From: an uncultured Solirubrobacterales bacterium
Lineage (GTDB): Bacteria; Actinomycetota; Thermoleophilia; Solirubrobacterales; 70-9
Direction of reading: 5' to 3'
Length of the DNA: 64,000 nucleotides
Assembly: GCA_963759295.1 (NCBI GenBank)
Contig: CAVWYT010000012.1
Location: forward strand, 3,604 to 67,603
Below are positions 1-10,464 of this stretch, in pieces (positions within the stretch are counted from its first letter, which is position 1; every line of letters starts with the position of its first letter). The notes below the pieces were generated by a model. That model was given only the letters and a program-made list of their open reading frames with translations, was not told where the DNA came from and did not search any database. A program made the position numbers and the translations under genes.

Positions 1-672
1 GGGGACCATCGGCGCACGGCGGGCGTGGACGGTGTCGATGATCTCGGTGTTGTCGATGCCCTGGAGGTAGATCGAGGTGATGCCGAGGTTGGTGTGGCCG
101 AGCTGACGTTGGATGACGATCAGCGGCACGCCTTCGCGGGCCATTTCGACGGCGTGCGCGTGGCGCAGCTGGTGCGGCGCGAAGCGCCGACGCACCCCGG
201 CCTCGCGGGCGACGCGTCGCAGTTCTGAGCGGGCGGCGCCGGCTGTCCACGGCCGTCCGCGTGTCGGACCGTTGACGATGCAGAACAGCGGTCCGACCGG
301 CAGCTCGACCCGGACCTGGAGCCATGGTTGGAGCTGCTCCCACGCCCAGTCGTCCATCCCCACCTCGCGGCGCCGGCCGCCCTTACCGCGCCGCACCAGC
401 AGCGACCCGCGCCGCGGATCGAGGTCGGCCTCGGCGAGCGCGAGCGCCTCGCAGATCCGCAGGCCAGCGCGCCACAGCACGACGATCAACCCGCGCAGCC
501 GGTGGCCGTGGACACCGTCACCGGCGTGGCGCATCACGCTGACGATCTCCTCGATCGTCGGCGGATCCGCGGGGTAGCGCATCCCCTTGTTGCGCGGCGG
601 CCGCCCGGCGTGGAACTCCGGCAGGGTGGCGGGTGAGCGACGGCGGCCGGCGGCATCGAGCAGCTCGGACAT
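1..672 (-). CDS. Tyrosine recombinase / phage-type integrase (C-terminal end runs off the window edge)
   Basis: Absent from the ORF track because there is no in-window stop. Reverse translation from the ATG at 670-672 (GGAGG just upstream) gives MSELLDAAGRRR...GLRICEALAL...HQLRHAHAVEMAREGVPLIVIQRQLGHTNLGITSIYLQGID. This carries the R / HxxR / Y catalytic boxes of tyrosine recombinases. GC3 is high throughout. Confidence 0.8.
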   Translation of the reverse strand, partial: MSELLDAAGRRRSPATLPEFHAGRPPRNKGMRYPADPPTIEEIVSVMRHAGDGVHGHRLRGLIVVLWRAGLRICEALALAEADLDPRRGSLLVRRGKGGRRREVGMDDWAWEQLQPWLQVRVELPVGPLFCIVNGPTRGRPWTAGAARSELRRVAREAGVRRRFAPHQLRHAHAVEMAREGVPLIVIQRQLGHTNLGITSIYLQGIDNTEIIDTVHARRAPMVP

Positions 673-1098
673 AACCCCTCCTCGGGAATCGGAGACGCAC
701 CGAGCGTGCTCCCGCGCCAGCAGCCGTGCGTCCGGCGCCCGCCACCGCCGCCGCACGCGAGCCGGCACCTCGCTCGCGCACGACGTTGATTCGCGACCGC
801 CAGCCCAACGCAGCAGCGCGTTACCCGTGCGATCGAGGGACGCCGGGAGTTCTCGTGCGCATGGAAGTCGAGTAATCGAACCGGTCGCCGCCGCTTTTCG
901 CGGATGCAGAAGCGGCGCGGCGGTCCGATCGAGGGCCGCCAGGCGCCTGGTCCTCGGCCAGAGCAGGAGTCCCGCGTTCAACCTTGGTGGCGCTCGCTTG
1001 ACGATCGTCGCGTTCGCGGTGGTTGCCCGAAGGGCGCGCACGGCGTTGTTCCATGAGGGGCGGCGCGAGCTCTGCCTCGCGCAGCCGGACACGCTGAC

Positions 1099-1119
1099 GG
1101 CCCCGCGGTGCGCGGGGCC
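1099..1119 (-). terminator. Putative intrinsic terminator hairpin downstream of the 1153-1509 gene
   Basis: Perfect 9-bp stem ggccccgcg / cgcggggcc with a 3-nt loop, about 35 nt past the stop at 1153. There is no clear U-tract, which is common in high-GC actinobacteria. Confidence 0.35.
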
Positions 1120-1152
1120 GTCGGGTTCGAGCAGGGCCTGAGGCACAGACGG

Positions 1153-1509
1153 CTACGCCAGCCGGTGGCTGCGGCGGAAACGGGCCGCGGCCTTGCCGAC
1201 GGCCTGCATCAGCACGACGCCCAGCGGCACGCCGATGGCGAGCAGCAGCACGAGGCCGGTGGGGAAGCCGCCGCCGTCGTCGGAGGTGCCGTCAACGAGG
1301 GCCACCTCGGGCGCCGCCGCGGCGGCCTCCCACTGCTGCTGGGTGATCTGGTCGTGGTGGGCGGCGATGGTGGAGTGATCGCTCTTCTGAGCGGCGGCCG
1401 GCTTGCTCCAGCCGCCGGGCTGCTCGCCGGCGGGGCGGGCGGAGGCGGTCGGGGCGGCGATGGCCAGGACCGCGGCGGTGATGAGGATGAGGCGCTGGGT
1501 GGTCTTCAT
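1153..1509 (-). CDS. Small secreted / C-terminally anchored protein, unknown function
   Basis: Internal start MKTTQRLILITAAVLAIAAPTASA is a Sec-type signal peptide with GGAGG upstream. A C-terminal hydrophobic helix GLVLLLAIGVPLGVVLM is followed by a basic tail KAAARFRRSHR. The longer ORF-track start at 1641 is unlikely. Confidence 0.5.
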   Translation of the reverse strand: MKTTQRLILITAAVLAIAAPTASARPAGEQPGGWSKPAAAQKSDHSTIAAHHDQITQQQWEAAAAAPEVALVDGTSDDGGGFPTGLVLLLAIGVPLGVVLMQAVGKAAARFRRSHRLA

Positions 1510-1627
1510 GGGTGCAAGCCTCCGCGGGCGCCGTATCCGCGCCGTAACGGCCCCGTAACGGCTGTTGGCAGACGCCGTAACGGCCGCTTGCGAATCCGGT
1601 ACCGGCCGCTGGTAGGTTCGCGCCGAG

Positions 1628-3147
1628 GTGGACTTCCGCATCCTCGGGCCGCTGGAGGTGATCCACGACGGGCACGCCGTCCCGCTGCCTGGGGCCCGCC
1701 AGCGCGAGCCTGCTCGCGCTGCTGCTGCTCGACGCCGGCCGGGTCATCTCCGCCGAGCGGCTGATGGAGGATCTCTGGGGTGACGACCAGCCGTCGGCCG
1801 GCCGCACGGCGCTGCGGGTACGGGTCTCGCAGCTGCGCAAGGCACTCCCGGGCGGCGCCGAGCTGCTGGTCACGCGTCGCAGCGGTTACGCCCTGCAGGT
1901 CGAGCGCCCATGCGCTGGACCTGTGGCGGTTCGAGCGTCACCTGGCCGAGGGGGAGTGGGCGCTCGCAAGCGATCCGGAACGCGCGCTGCAATCCCTGAC
2001 GGCGGCGCTCGACGAGTGGCGGGGCCGCCCGCTCGACGACCTCGCATACGCGCCGTGGGCGCAGGCGCCGGTCGTGCGGCTCGAGGAGCTGCGCGCCGCC
2101 GCCCTCGAGTTGCGCGTCGAGGCCGCAGCTCGCGCTCGGGCGCCACGCCCGGCTGGTGGGCGAGCTGCAGGCGCTGGTCGCGCAGCACCCGCTGCGCGAG
2201 CGCCTTTGGGGGCAGCTGATGACCGCGCTCTACCGCGACGGCCGGCAGGCCGACGCGCTCGCCGCGTATCAACAGGCGCGGGGCCAGCTCGTGGAGGAGA
2301 TCGGTATCGAGCCGGGGCTGCAGCTGCAGGCGCTGGAGGCGCGGATCCTGGCGCAGGATCCGCAGCTGGATGGCGGCGCTGCGGCCACGGCGCGTCCGGC
2401 GCGCGCCGTGCTCGCCGTCTGCACGGACGATCCGTCGCCAGCGGCGCTGGCGAGCCGGCTGGCCGCCCACACCGCCTCCGAAGTCGTCGCGGTGGGACTG
2501 GTGCGAGACGGCGACGAGGTGGGCGCGGCAACGCGGCGGCTACGCGAAGTCGCCCCCGGGGGACGCGTGGCGGCGTTCACGTCCCGCGATCCGGCCGAGG
2601 ACACGGTACGGCTCGCCGCGGAACAGGACGCCGCGCTGCTCCTCGTGTCCTTGGCGCCCGACGGGAGCCTGGACGACGCGGTGCTCCGGGGCGCCGCCTG
2701 CGACGTGGCGCTCGTCGCGGGCGGCGCGCTGGGGGAGGGGCCGGTGCTCGTGCCGTTCTCGGGCCACGAGCACGACTGGACCGCCGCGGAGGTGGGTGCC
2801 TGGCTCGGCCGCGGCGCGGTGACCCTGCTCGGGGTACGCGAGGGCCGCGCCGGCCGCGACGCCAGCCGCATGCTCGCCAGCGCCTCGCTCGCCCTGCAGC
2901 GCGGCCTCGGCATCCAGGCCGAGACCCAGCTCGCTCCGGCGGGCGCGGCCGCGTGCTCCAGCACCCGGGCGCAGCCATCGTGGTCGGCCTCTCGGAACGC
3001 TGGATCAGCGAGGGCCTTGGCAAGGCGCGCCTGCAGCTCGTGCGCCAGGCGCCATGCCTCGTCCTACTCGTCCGGCGCGGCCTGCGCCCCGGCGGCCTCG
3101 CCCCACCGGAGGCGCTCACGCACTTCACCTGGTCGAGCGGCGGGTAA
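1628..3147 (+). pseudogene. SARP/AfsR-type regulator (winged-helix + BTAD) with a Usp-like C-terminal region; at least 4 frameshifts
   Basis: The reading frame must be followed through four shifts. (a) GTG 1628: VDFRILGPLEVIHDGHAVPLPG. (b) Shift near 1700: LLALLLLDAGRVISAERLMEDLWGDDQPSAGRTALRVRVSQLRKAL...YALQVE. (c) Shift near 1905: LDLWRFERHLAEGEWAL...LDDLAYAPWAQAPVVRLEELRAAALELRVEA. (d) Shift near 2120: LALGRHARLVGELQALVAQHPLRERLWGQLMTALYRDGRQADALAAYQQARGQLVEEIGIEPGLQLQALEARIL. (e) Shift near 2950: the tail ends at TAA 3145-3147. Confidence 0.75.
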
Positions 3148-6100
3148 TCAGCGCACCCACCACTGGTCCACGCTTGAGCCGAACAGGAGGTTGCTCTTGA
3201 AGTTGCCGACGCGCTCGGAGACGAAGTCGTGGTGGACGCCGTTGGTGAGCGGCACGGCCGCCGCCTGCTCGATCACCCGCGAGTCCGCGGCCGCCCACAG
3301 CCGGCTCGCCTCGGCCGGCCGGCTGATCTGGAGGTCCTGCGCCTGACGGATCAGGGCGTCGAGACGAGCGTCACAGTAATGCCCGACGTTCGTGGTCGCC
3401 GGTGGCCGGCCGCACTTGAACAAGGGCAGGAAGAAGTTCGAGGCCGCCGGGTAGTCGGCGAACCACCCGAACGGTCCGATGTCACCATCATGTCGCGGGC
3501 GCGTGAGGCCGCGGAAGAACTTGTCGATGGGCTGGGATCGGAACGTTGGGCGGTAGCCGATCTCCCGCAGCGTGTTCACGACCACCTTCATGACGCCGGT
3601 GAAGGCCGGGTGACCGCTGAGCACCGTCACGCGCATGCCGCGCGTCCCCGACTCGCGGACCAGGCGTCGCGCCGTGGCGAGATCGGGCCGGTCGGGATAG
3701 GGGCACGGACCGGTTTCGTGGCCTGCCAGGTCCGGCGGGATGATCCGGCAGGTCAGCCGCGCCGCGTCCGCACCGCCCTGCGCGCGCAGCACGGCACGGC
3801 GATCCAGCGCGTAGCCCACGGCGCGCCTCGCGTCTAACCGGTTGAAGGGCGGGGAGTCGACGTTGAACCACACCCACTGCAGGCCCGCGGGAACGTAGGC
3901 GTGCAGCCGGTCGCCATGCCGCCTTCGAAGCTCCGGCAGCAGGTCGGTCGCCTGCGCGACCAGCGGGAGGTCGACGTGGTCGGCGGCCCCGGTGGCGACG
4001 GCGCGGACCGCGGCTTCCGCCCTGTCGGTCTTCATGTACTTGACGACGATGGCGTCGGGGAATCCGTCCGGTCGCGCGGCGGCTGACCAGACCTTGAAGT
4101 AGGGGTTCCGCTCGAGGCGGAAGCCGCCCTTCGGGTCCAATTCCGCGAGGCGGTACGGCCCGGTCCCCGGGAGCACCCGCCGCGCCGGTGGCTTGCCCGA
4201 CCCGCGCGGCACGACCGAGCCGAAGGACGTCGCGAGCTTGAAGAGGATCTCGGGGTCCGGTCGGCTCAGCTCGACGGTGACCGTGCCGGCCGCGTCGTCG
4301 GCCTCCGCCCGCCGCACGGTGTCGAGCACCTGGGTCGCGAGCACCCCGGGTCCAACGGCGCGGTTGAGGCTGTCCGCGACGTCGCTCGGCCGCATCGCGC
4401 GGCCGTCAGAGAACCGGATGTCGCGGCGGATCGTGAACGTGTAGGTCCGTCCCGCGTCGGACACCTCCGGCAGCGTCGCCGCCAGGTTGGGGACGACAGC
4501 ACCGTATGGCCCTGACCCGTCCCGGCGGAATGCCATCAGGCCGTCGCGTGTCGCGCTCGTCAACGTCGGGTCGCCGTAGCTGGCCGCCGGGTCGGTGTCG
4601 GTGCCAAACAAGGGCGTGTTGCCGAGGCCCAGCTGTCGCAGCGTGCCACCGCGATGGGCGGCGCCGCTGCGGGTCACCGCGATCCACAACGCGCCGTCGA
4701 CGGTCGCGAGTCCACGCGGTGGATTGCCGAGCTTGAGCTTGCGCGCGCGTCCCGGCGCGATCCGGGCGACGGTCGCGCCCTGCAGGTTGGCCACCCAGAC
4801 ACCGCCGGCGCCGACGGCGATCTCGGAGGGCGCGTCCTCTTTTCCGACGGGGACGGTGGCTGTCACCACCCCGCGCTCCGGGTCGATGCGCGACACGATG
4901 CCGGTCAGGGGATTCGTGACCCACACGCCGTCGCCGGCTGCCAGGGCGCCGGCGCCGACGCCCACGTCGATCGTGCGGACCGCACGTGCCGACGTCGAAT
5001 TGATCTGGACGACACGACCCTCGGCCTCACTGCTCGCCCAGACAGCGCCCTCCCCGCACGCCAGCCGGTCGGGCTGCACTTCAAGCCGCACTGGTTTCCG
5101 GCGCGTGCCGTCGGAAGCGACCCTGAGCACCCGACGCGCCGCGGGTGCGGCGATCCAAACCGAGCCGCCGGCCAGGCAAACGTCCGACGGCGCGCTGGCG
5201 AGCTTCATCGGACCAGTCACGACCTCGTTGGTCGAGGCGGCGATCTGCAGCAGCGTGCCGTCCTGCCGGTTCGCCACCCACACGCCGTCGCGATCGGCCG
5301 CCAGGGCGCTCGGGCCGTGGCCGACCTGAGATCGTCTGCCGGACCGTGTGCGTCTCGGGGTCCAGGCGGGAGACCGTGCCGCGATCGTCGTCCGACACCC
5401 AGATCGCCTCGCCAGCGGCCGCCACCCGGCCAGGCGTGCCCTCGATATCGACCTGCCCCTGCAGCTTCCCGCCGGGGTCGACGACCGCCACCGCGTTGCT
5501 GCCCAAAGCGACGAGGGTCGCGCCGTCGTCGCCCCGAAGCAGCATCGCGCCTAGAACGGCCAGGGCGGCGACGGCCAGCGCCACCAGCAGATGGCGGCGT
5601 GGCAGCGCCCGGCGCCTGATGGCCGGCGCGGGGCCGGACGTCGAGTGCGGTACGGGCGGCGTCGACCAGTGCGGTGCAGGTCGGCCAGCGCGCGCTGGGA
5701 TCTTTGGCGAGTGCGCGCTGGATGACGGCGTCGAGCGCGCGCGGTAGGTCCGGCACGCGCTCGCTCGGCGCGGGCGGCGGCGTCTCGAGGTGGCCGTAGA
5801 TGACCGCCGCCTCGTTGGCGCCCTCGTAGGGGACGCGGCCGGTGAGGCATTCATAGAGCACGCAGCCGAGCGCGTACTGATCCGCGGCAGCGGTCGGTTC
5901 CTCGCCGCGGATGACCTCCGGCGCCATGTAGAGGACGGTGCCCATGACCTGCCCGGTGCCCGTCAGCGAGTGCGAGCCGGCGGATTTCGTCAGGCCGAAG
6001 TCGGCAAGGTAGACGTGCTCACGCCCGCTCTCGCGAGCGATCAGCGCGTTGCTGGGCTTGACGTCGCGGTGGATGAGGCCGCGCTCGTGGGCGGCGTCCA

Positions 6101-6513
6101 ACGCGCTCGGCGAGCTGGCCGACGAGCGCCAGCGCGCGCCCGGGCTCCAGCCGCCCCTCCCCGCGAAGGACCTCGGCGAGATCGCCGCCGTCGACATAGC
6201 GCATCGCCAAGAACAGCAACCCACCCGCCGATCCCGCCTCATAGACCGGAACGATGTGCGCGTGATCGATCGCCGCCGCCAGCCGCGACTCGCGCTCGAA
6301 GCGCGCGCGGAAGCTTTCGTCGCGGGAGAGCTCGTCCGACAGCAACTTCAACGCGACCGGCCGACCCAGCCGCACGTCCGTGGCCCGGTAGACGACGCCC
6401 ATGCCACCACGCCCGAGCAACCTCTCGATCGTGTACGACCTGAGCCGATCACCGACTCCGGGAATCGACCTGCTGGACACAGCGTTCTCCGGGAACGTGG
6501 GGAGACCGACCAT
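3148..6513 (-). pseudogene. Ser/Thr protein kinase - TM - NHL/beta-propeller repeats - family-5 solute-binding domain fusion; at least 3 frameshifts
   Basis: The N-lobe reads GRGGMGVVYRATD...VALKLL (frame of 6513). A shift near 6115 leads to HRDVKPSNALIA...DFGLTK...MAPE. A shift near 5640 leads to the TM helix LLVALAVAALAVLGAML and propeller repeats. A shift near 5330 leads to the 711-aa ORF, which has further NHL-like repeats (VWVANRQDGTLLQI, VWVTNPLTGIVSRI, VWVANLQGATVARI) and an SBP_bac_5-like body (TFTIRRDIRFSDGRAMRPSDVADSLNRAV). Confidence 0.75.
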
Positions 6514-6754
6514 ATACCGGCGGCCGAACCCTGAGCTAAAAGCACTCGCCCGATGAACGAGTCACAGCGAGCTCATTCGTCGACCCCGTAGCGGTAGTAC
6601 GCACGAAAGCCCGCCGAACGCCGCGAGGGTTCCGTCCGGCGATCCGTGATGGTGGCGGGGTGCTGAAGCCTGCCACGGGGCGCTTCTTTGCGAAGGCGCA
6701 TTCTGGCCCACCGCTGGCTTGCCGGCTCGCTCCTGAATCGGACGACGACCAAGA

Positions 6755-7663
6755 GTGCAGGGGCACACTTCTGCTTCTTGGCAGGCCGAACGGCTCGCGG
6801 CGGGCGCCGGCCCGGTAGCCGTCCGGCAGGCGCTCGATCTGCTGAGCACGCTGCTGCAGCGGGCAGTCGAGGGCGAGCGGATCCCGCCGAACCCCGTGCG
6901 GCTGGTGCGTCGCGCACCGCGGCCGCGACGGGAGGAGGTGCGGCCGCTGGCACCGCGCACCGTCGAGGCGATGCGCGCCGCGGCGTCGCCTCGCGACGCC
7001 ACCCTCCTGTCCGTACTCGCGTACGCCGGGCTCCGGCCGAGCGAGGCGCTCGCGCTCCACTGGAGCGACGTGCGGGCGCAGACGATCCTCGTGCAGCGCG
7101 CGCTCTCGCTCGGCGAGGACGCCGACACGAAGACGCACCAGCACCGCACCGTCCGGCTGCTCGCGCCGCTGCGCGATGACCTCGCGCGCTGGCGCCTATC
7201 GGCGCCGGGGAACAGGCTCGTGTTCCCCGGCCACGACGGTGAGCCGTGGTCGCTGCCGGCCTACCAGTCGTGGCGCCGGCGGGCCTTCAGGCGCGCCGTG
7301 CAGGCCGCCGGCATCGAGCACACGACGCCGTACGCGCTCAGGCACTCGTTCGCCTAGCTGCTGCTCCACGAGGGCCGCAGCGTGATCTACGTCGCGCGCC
7401 AGCTCGGCCACGACGCCCGCCTGACCCTGAGCCGCTACGGCCACGTCATCGACGAGCTCGACGAGCAGCCGCGAATCGACGCGGAGACGGCGATCCAGGA
7501 GGCTCGTGTTCCCTCTCAGTTCCCCGAGGCTCCGGGGAACGCCCTGCAGCCCGGACAGCAAAACGCCCGAAACCCGCGTAGAGGCCGCGAATTCCGGGCG
7601 ATGGAGCTAGGGGGACTCGAACCCCCGACCTCCTGGGTGCGATCCAGGCGCTCTCCCAACTGA
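6755..7663 (+). pseudogene. Tyrosine integrase remnant: 5'-truncated, in-frame TAG, 3' tail overlaps tRNA-Ala
   Basis: The sequence reads ...LAYAGLRPSEALALHWSDV...TKTHQHRTVRLL...YALRHSFA*LLLHEGRSVIYVARQLGHDARLTLSRYGHVIDEL. The TAG at 7355-7357 interrupts the RHSFAS/HxxR box in the same frame as ORF 7382-7663. The N-terminal SAM-like domain is missing or further shifted upstream. The ORF reads into the 3' end of the tRNA at 7602. Confidence 0.75.
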
Positions 7664-7674
7664 GCTATAGCCCC
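7602..7674 (-). tRNA. tRNA-Ala (anticodon CGC)
   Basis: The reverse complement is GGGGCTATAGCTCAGTTGGGAGAGCGCCTGGATCGCACCCAGGAGGTCGGGGGTTCGAGTCCCCCTAGCTCCA. The cloverleaf is canonical, with the G3:U70 Ala identity pair, anticodon loop AT-CGC-AC and TTCGAGT T-loop. CCA is not encoded. Confidence 0.9.
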
Positions 7675-7787
7675 GCAAGGGCGGCGGCAGGAATTCACCC
7701 GCGCGCCGTGAAACGCCGATTGTAGCCGGGGAGCCTGGCCTGGCGAACCCGCTCTGCGGCTAGATTGCCTGTCGCACCGCCGCTCGC

Positions 7788-9678
7788 ATGCGCCTTCGCA
7801 ACCTCTTCACGCCGTCCTTCCGCAATCGGCTGCGGCTGTTCTTCGTGGTCATCGTGGTGATCCCGATGATCGCCGTGGCGGCTGGTGCTGTTCCAGATCG
7901 TCACGCGCTCGGAGGAGAGCCAGACCGACGCCCAGCTGTCCGAGGCGCAGCGGGTCGCGACGAACCTCTACCGCGAGTCCGCCGGCCGCGCCAACGCCGC
8001 CGGGCGCGAGATCGTGGCCGACGAGCGGCTGCGCGAGGCGATCGCCGACGAGGACCCGGAGCGGATCGAGGCGCGGCTGGACGACGCCGCGCGCAAGGCC
8101 AGGGCGCGCCGCGTGCTGCTGCAGCTCGACGGGCCCGGGCAGTTCGAGTACGGCGACGAGCCGGGCGTCGCGCCCGCGCGCAACGCGATCGTCGACCAGG
8201 ACGGCGAGCCGCTCGGGCGGATCGTGACCGCCGTCGACACCGCGAGCGACGCTTCGCGAGCCGAGCTGCGAGGACATCGCCGAGGTCGGCGTCGTGGTCA
8301 AGCAGGGCGACCAGGTGCTGGGCGCCTCGCGGCCCGAGCTGGCCCGCGCCGAGCTGCCCGAGAGCGGCGACGCCGAGCTCGCCGGCGACGACATCCGCGT
8401 CAGCACGCTGCGCGTCGACGGCTTCGACGGCCGCGAGCTGTCGATGCTCGTGACCATGCCGGAGTCCTCGAGCGCCGGCTCGAGCACGTCGTGGGTCGTG
8501 ATCGGCGCGCTCGCCGGCTTCCTGCTGCTCGCGATCGCGTTCGCGATCACCGTCTCGCGCACGCTCCAGGCCGAGGTCCAGAGCCTGCTCGCGGCCGCCC
8601 GCGCGATCGGCCGCGGCGACTTCTCCAAGCGCGTCCCGACCGAGGGCAACGACGAGTTCGCCGCGCTCGGCAAGGAGTTCAACTCGATGGCCGAGGAGCT
8701 CGAGCAGCGGCTCGAGGAGCTCCAGCGCGAGCGCGCGCGCCTGGCCGAGGCGATCCGCCGCGTCGGCGAGTCGTTCACCAAGAGCCTCGACCGCGTCGGC
8801 CTGCTCGAGATCGTCGTCCAGACCGCGGTCGACGGCGTCGAGGCCGCATGCGGGCCGCGCGACGATCCGCCACGTCGGCGAGGACCGCCTCGCAGGAGGT
8901 CGCCGCCACCGGCGACCCGGACGCCTACGAGCGCGTCCTGCACGCCGCCGAGGCGGCCGCGCTCGACGCCGGCCAGATCGCGGAGATCGAGCTCGGCGGC
9001 GCCAGCGCGCTCGCGGCCCCGCTGGGCGGCGACGGCGGCGTGGGCATCGTCTCCGTCGCCCGCGGCGACCGCCGCTTCACCGCCGGCGAGCACGAGCTGT
9101 TCTCCTACCTCACCAACCAGGCCTCGGTCTCGGTCGAGAACGTCGACCTGCACGAGACGGTGCAGCGCCAGGCGGTGACGGACGAGCTGACCGGCCTCTT
9201 CAACCACCGCCGCTTCCAGGAGGTGATGACCCAGGAGGTCGAGCGCGCGCGCCGCTACCGCCAGGAGATGGGCCTGATCATGCTCGACATCGACAACTTC
9301 AAGCGCGTCAACGACACCTACGGCCACCTCCAGGGCGACATGGTCCTGCGCGAGGTCGCGCGCGTCCTGCGCCAGTCCTCGCGCGAGATCGACGAGCCCG
9401 CCCGCTACGGCGGCGAGGAGATGGCGGTCGCGCTGCCGCAGACCGACCTCGAGGGCGCCTACCGGTTCGCCGAGCGCGTGCGGCGGCGGATCGAGGCGCT
9501 CGACCTGCCGCTGCTCGACGGCGACGGGACGCTGAAGGTCACCGCCTCCTTCGGCGCGGCGTCGCTCGCAAAGAGCGCCAACGCGACCGACGGCAAGGAC
9601 GCGCTCGTCGCGGCCGCGGACGCTGCGCTGTACCGTGCGAAGCGGTCCGGGAAGAACCGCACGGTGCGGGCCGAGTAA
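7788..9678 (+). pseudogene. Membrane diguanylate cyclase (TM - periplasmic region - TM - HAMP - GAF-like - GGDEF); at least 3 frameshifts
   Basis: MRLRNLFTPSFRNRLRLFFVVIVVIPMIAVA shifts near 7873 to LVLFQIVTRSEESQTDAQL. A shift near 8260 leads to VVKQGDQVLG...TM WVVIGALAGFLLLAIAFAITV...HAMP RAIGRGDFSKRVPTEGNDEFAALGKEFNSMAEEL. Shifts near 8850-8900 lead to DELTGLFNHRRF...LDIDNFKRVNDTYGH..GD..L...RYGGEEMAV...SFGAAS. The active site is RYGGEEM. Confidence 0.8.
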
Positions 9679-9694
9679 CCTTCGGGGCCGGGGC

Positions 9695-10229
9695 ATGGGA
9701 CTGCTCGACGACGCAATCCGCGAGCATCTGGAGCTCAAGCGGCGCCACGGCGCCGATCCGGACGAGGTCACGCGCCAGGAGCGCGAGGCGCTCGGCGCGC
9801 CCGTGCGCGGCGAGTTCGCGAAGCCCGGCGCGAGCCGACGGCCGACGCGCCGGCCGAGGCCGGCGAGGAGCTCGAGGACGCCCCGGTCGACGAGGTCGCC
9901 GAGGTCCCGGAGATCGCCGAGCCGCCGGAGATGCCCGGCGAGCCGGAGCGCGAGCCCGAGCCGGTGGAGCCGCCGCCGGCCGCGCGCGAGCCCGAGCCTG
10001 AGCCGGAGCCCCAGCCCGGCACCGAGGAGGACCCGTGGCTGGTCGAGGAGCTCGCGGATCCCGAGCCGCCGCGGCGGCCCGAGCCCGGCGCCGCGCGCCG
10101 CCGCCCGAGCCCGCCGAGGAGGGCGAGGACGTGCTCGAGGAGACGCCCGAGTTCCTGCAGGAGACGCCCGAGCACGAGCGCCTCTGGTTCGAGCAGAAGC
10201 CGCCGCGCGACTTCGACTGGGACAAGTAG
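9695..10229 (+). pseudogene. Conserved acidic/Pro-rich protein of unknown function; 2 frameshifts
   Basis: The N-terminus MGLLDDAIREHLELKRRHGADPDEVTRQEREALG is in frame 2. The middle PGEPEREPEPVEPPPAAREPEPEPEPQPGTEEDPWLVEELADPEPP is in frame 1. The C-terminus EEGEDVLEETPEFLQETPEHERLWFEQKPPRDFDWDK* is in frame 0. The three pieces read as one protein only if two 1-nt shifts are allowed. Confidence 0.6.
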
Positions 10230-10404
10230 CCCGCCTGGACTTCTGACGGATGTTCGTCCAGGCGCGCTTGAGCGGCGCGCCGCGGCCGCCGATTCCTCCA
10301 CTCAGCCCCCGTTCACTCCCGGGCGGGGCTTGCCGGGCACAGGCGGGGACGGATTCTCCTGCCCCGGAACCTCCCCCCGTTCCCCCGGTACGGCTCGCTC
10401 GACG

Positions 10405-10434
10405 CGGGTCGCGCGGTTGCCGCCGCGCGACCCG
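10405..10434 (+). promoter_or_regulatory. Strong hairpin in the 5' leader of the CDF transporter gene
   Basis: A 12-bp perfect stem cgggtcgcgcgg / ccgcgcgacccg with a 6-nt loop ends 31 nt before the ATG at 10465. Two weaker hairpins lie upstream: cctggac...gtccagg at about 10232-10260, and gcgcgc...gcgcgc. Confidence 0.3.
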
Positions 10435-10464
10435 TGAGCCGACCACGCGCTAAGCATTAGGCAC

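Noticed and set aside
673-1152. ORFs fill the ~480-bp gap upstream of the left-edge integrase (587-1141 +, 821-1054 -, 518-808 -). An excisionase gene was also looked for here.
   Set aside because: The translations are Arg/Ala/Ser-rich and about one third of third positions are A/T, against the high GC3 of real genes here. I could not see an HTH/excisionase-like motif in any frame. The stretch was left as non-coding or decayed.
1-7674. The region between the two recombinases was considered as an intact prophage or ICE.
   Set aside because: It contains no capsid, terminase, portal, relaxase, T4SS or replication genes. It holds only regulators, which are frameshifted, and a small secreted protein. 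At most it is a relic island.
10230-10464. A specific call of a czcD (NiCo) riboswitch upstream of the CDF gene.
   Set aside because: I cannot align the conserved junction nucleotides by eye. Only generic GC-rich hairpins are visible. It is reported as a structured leader only.
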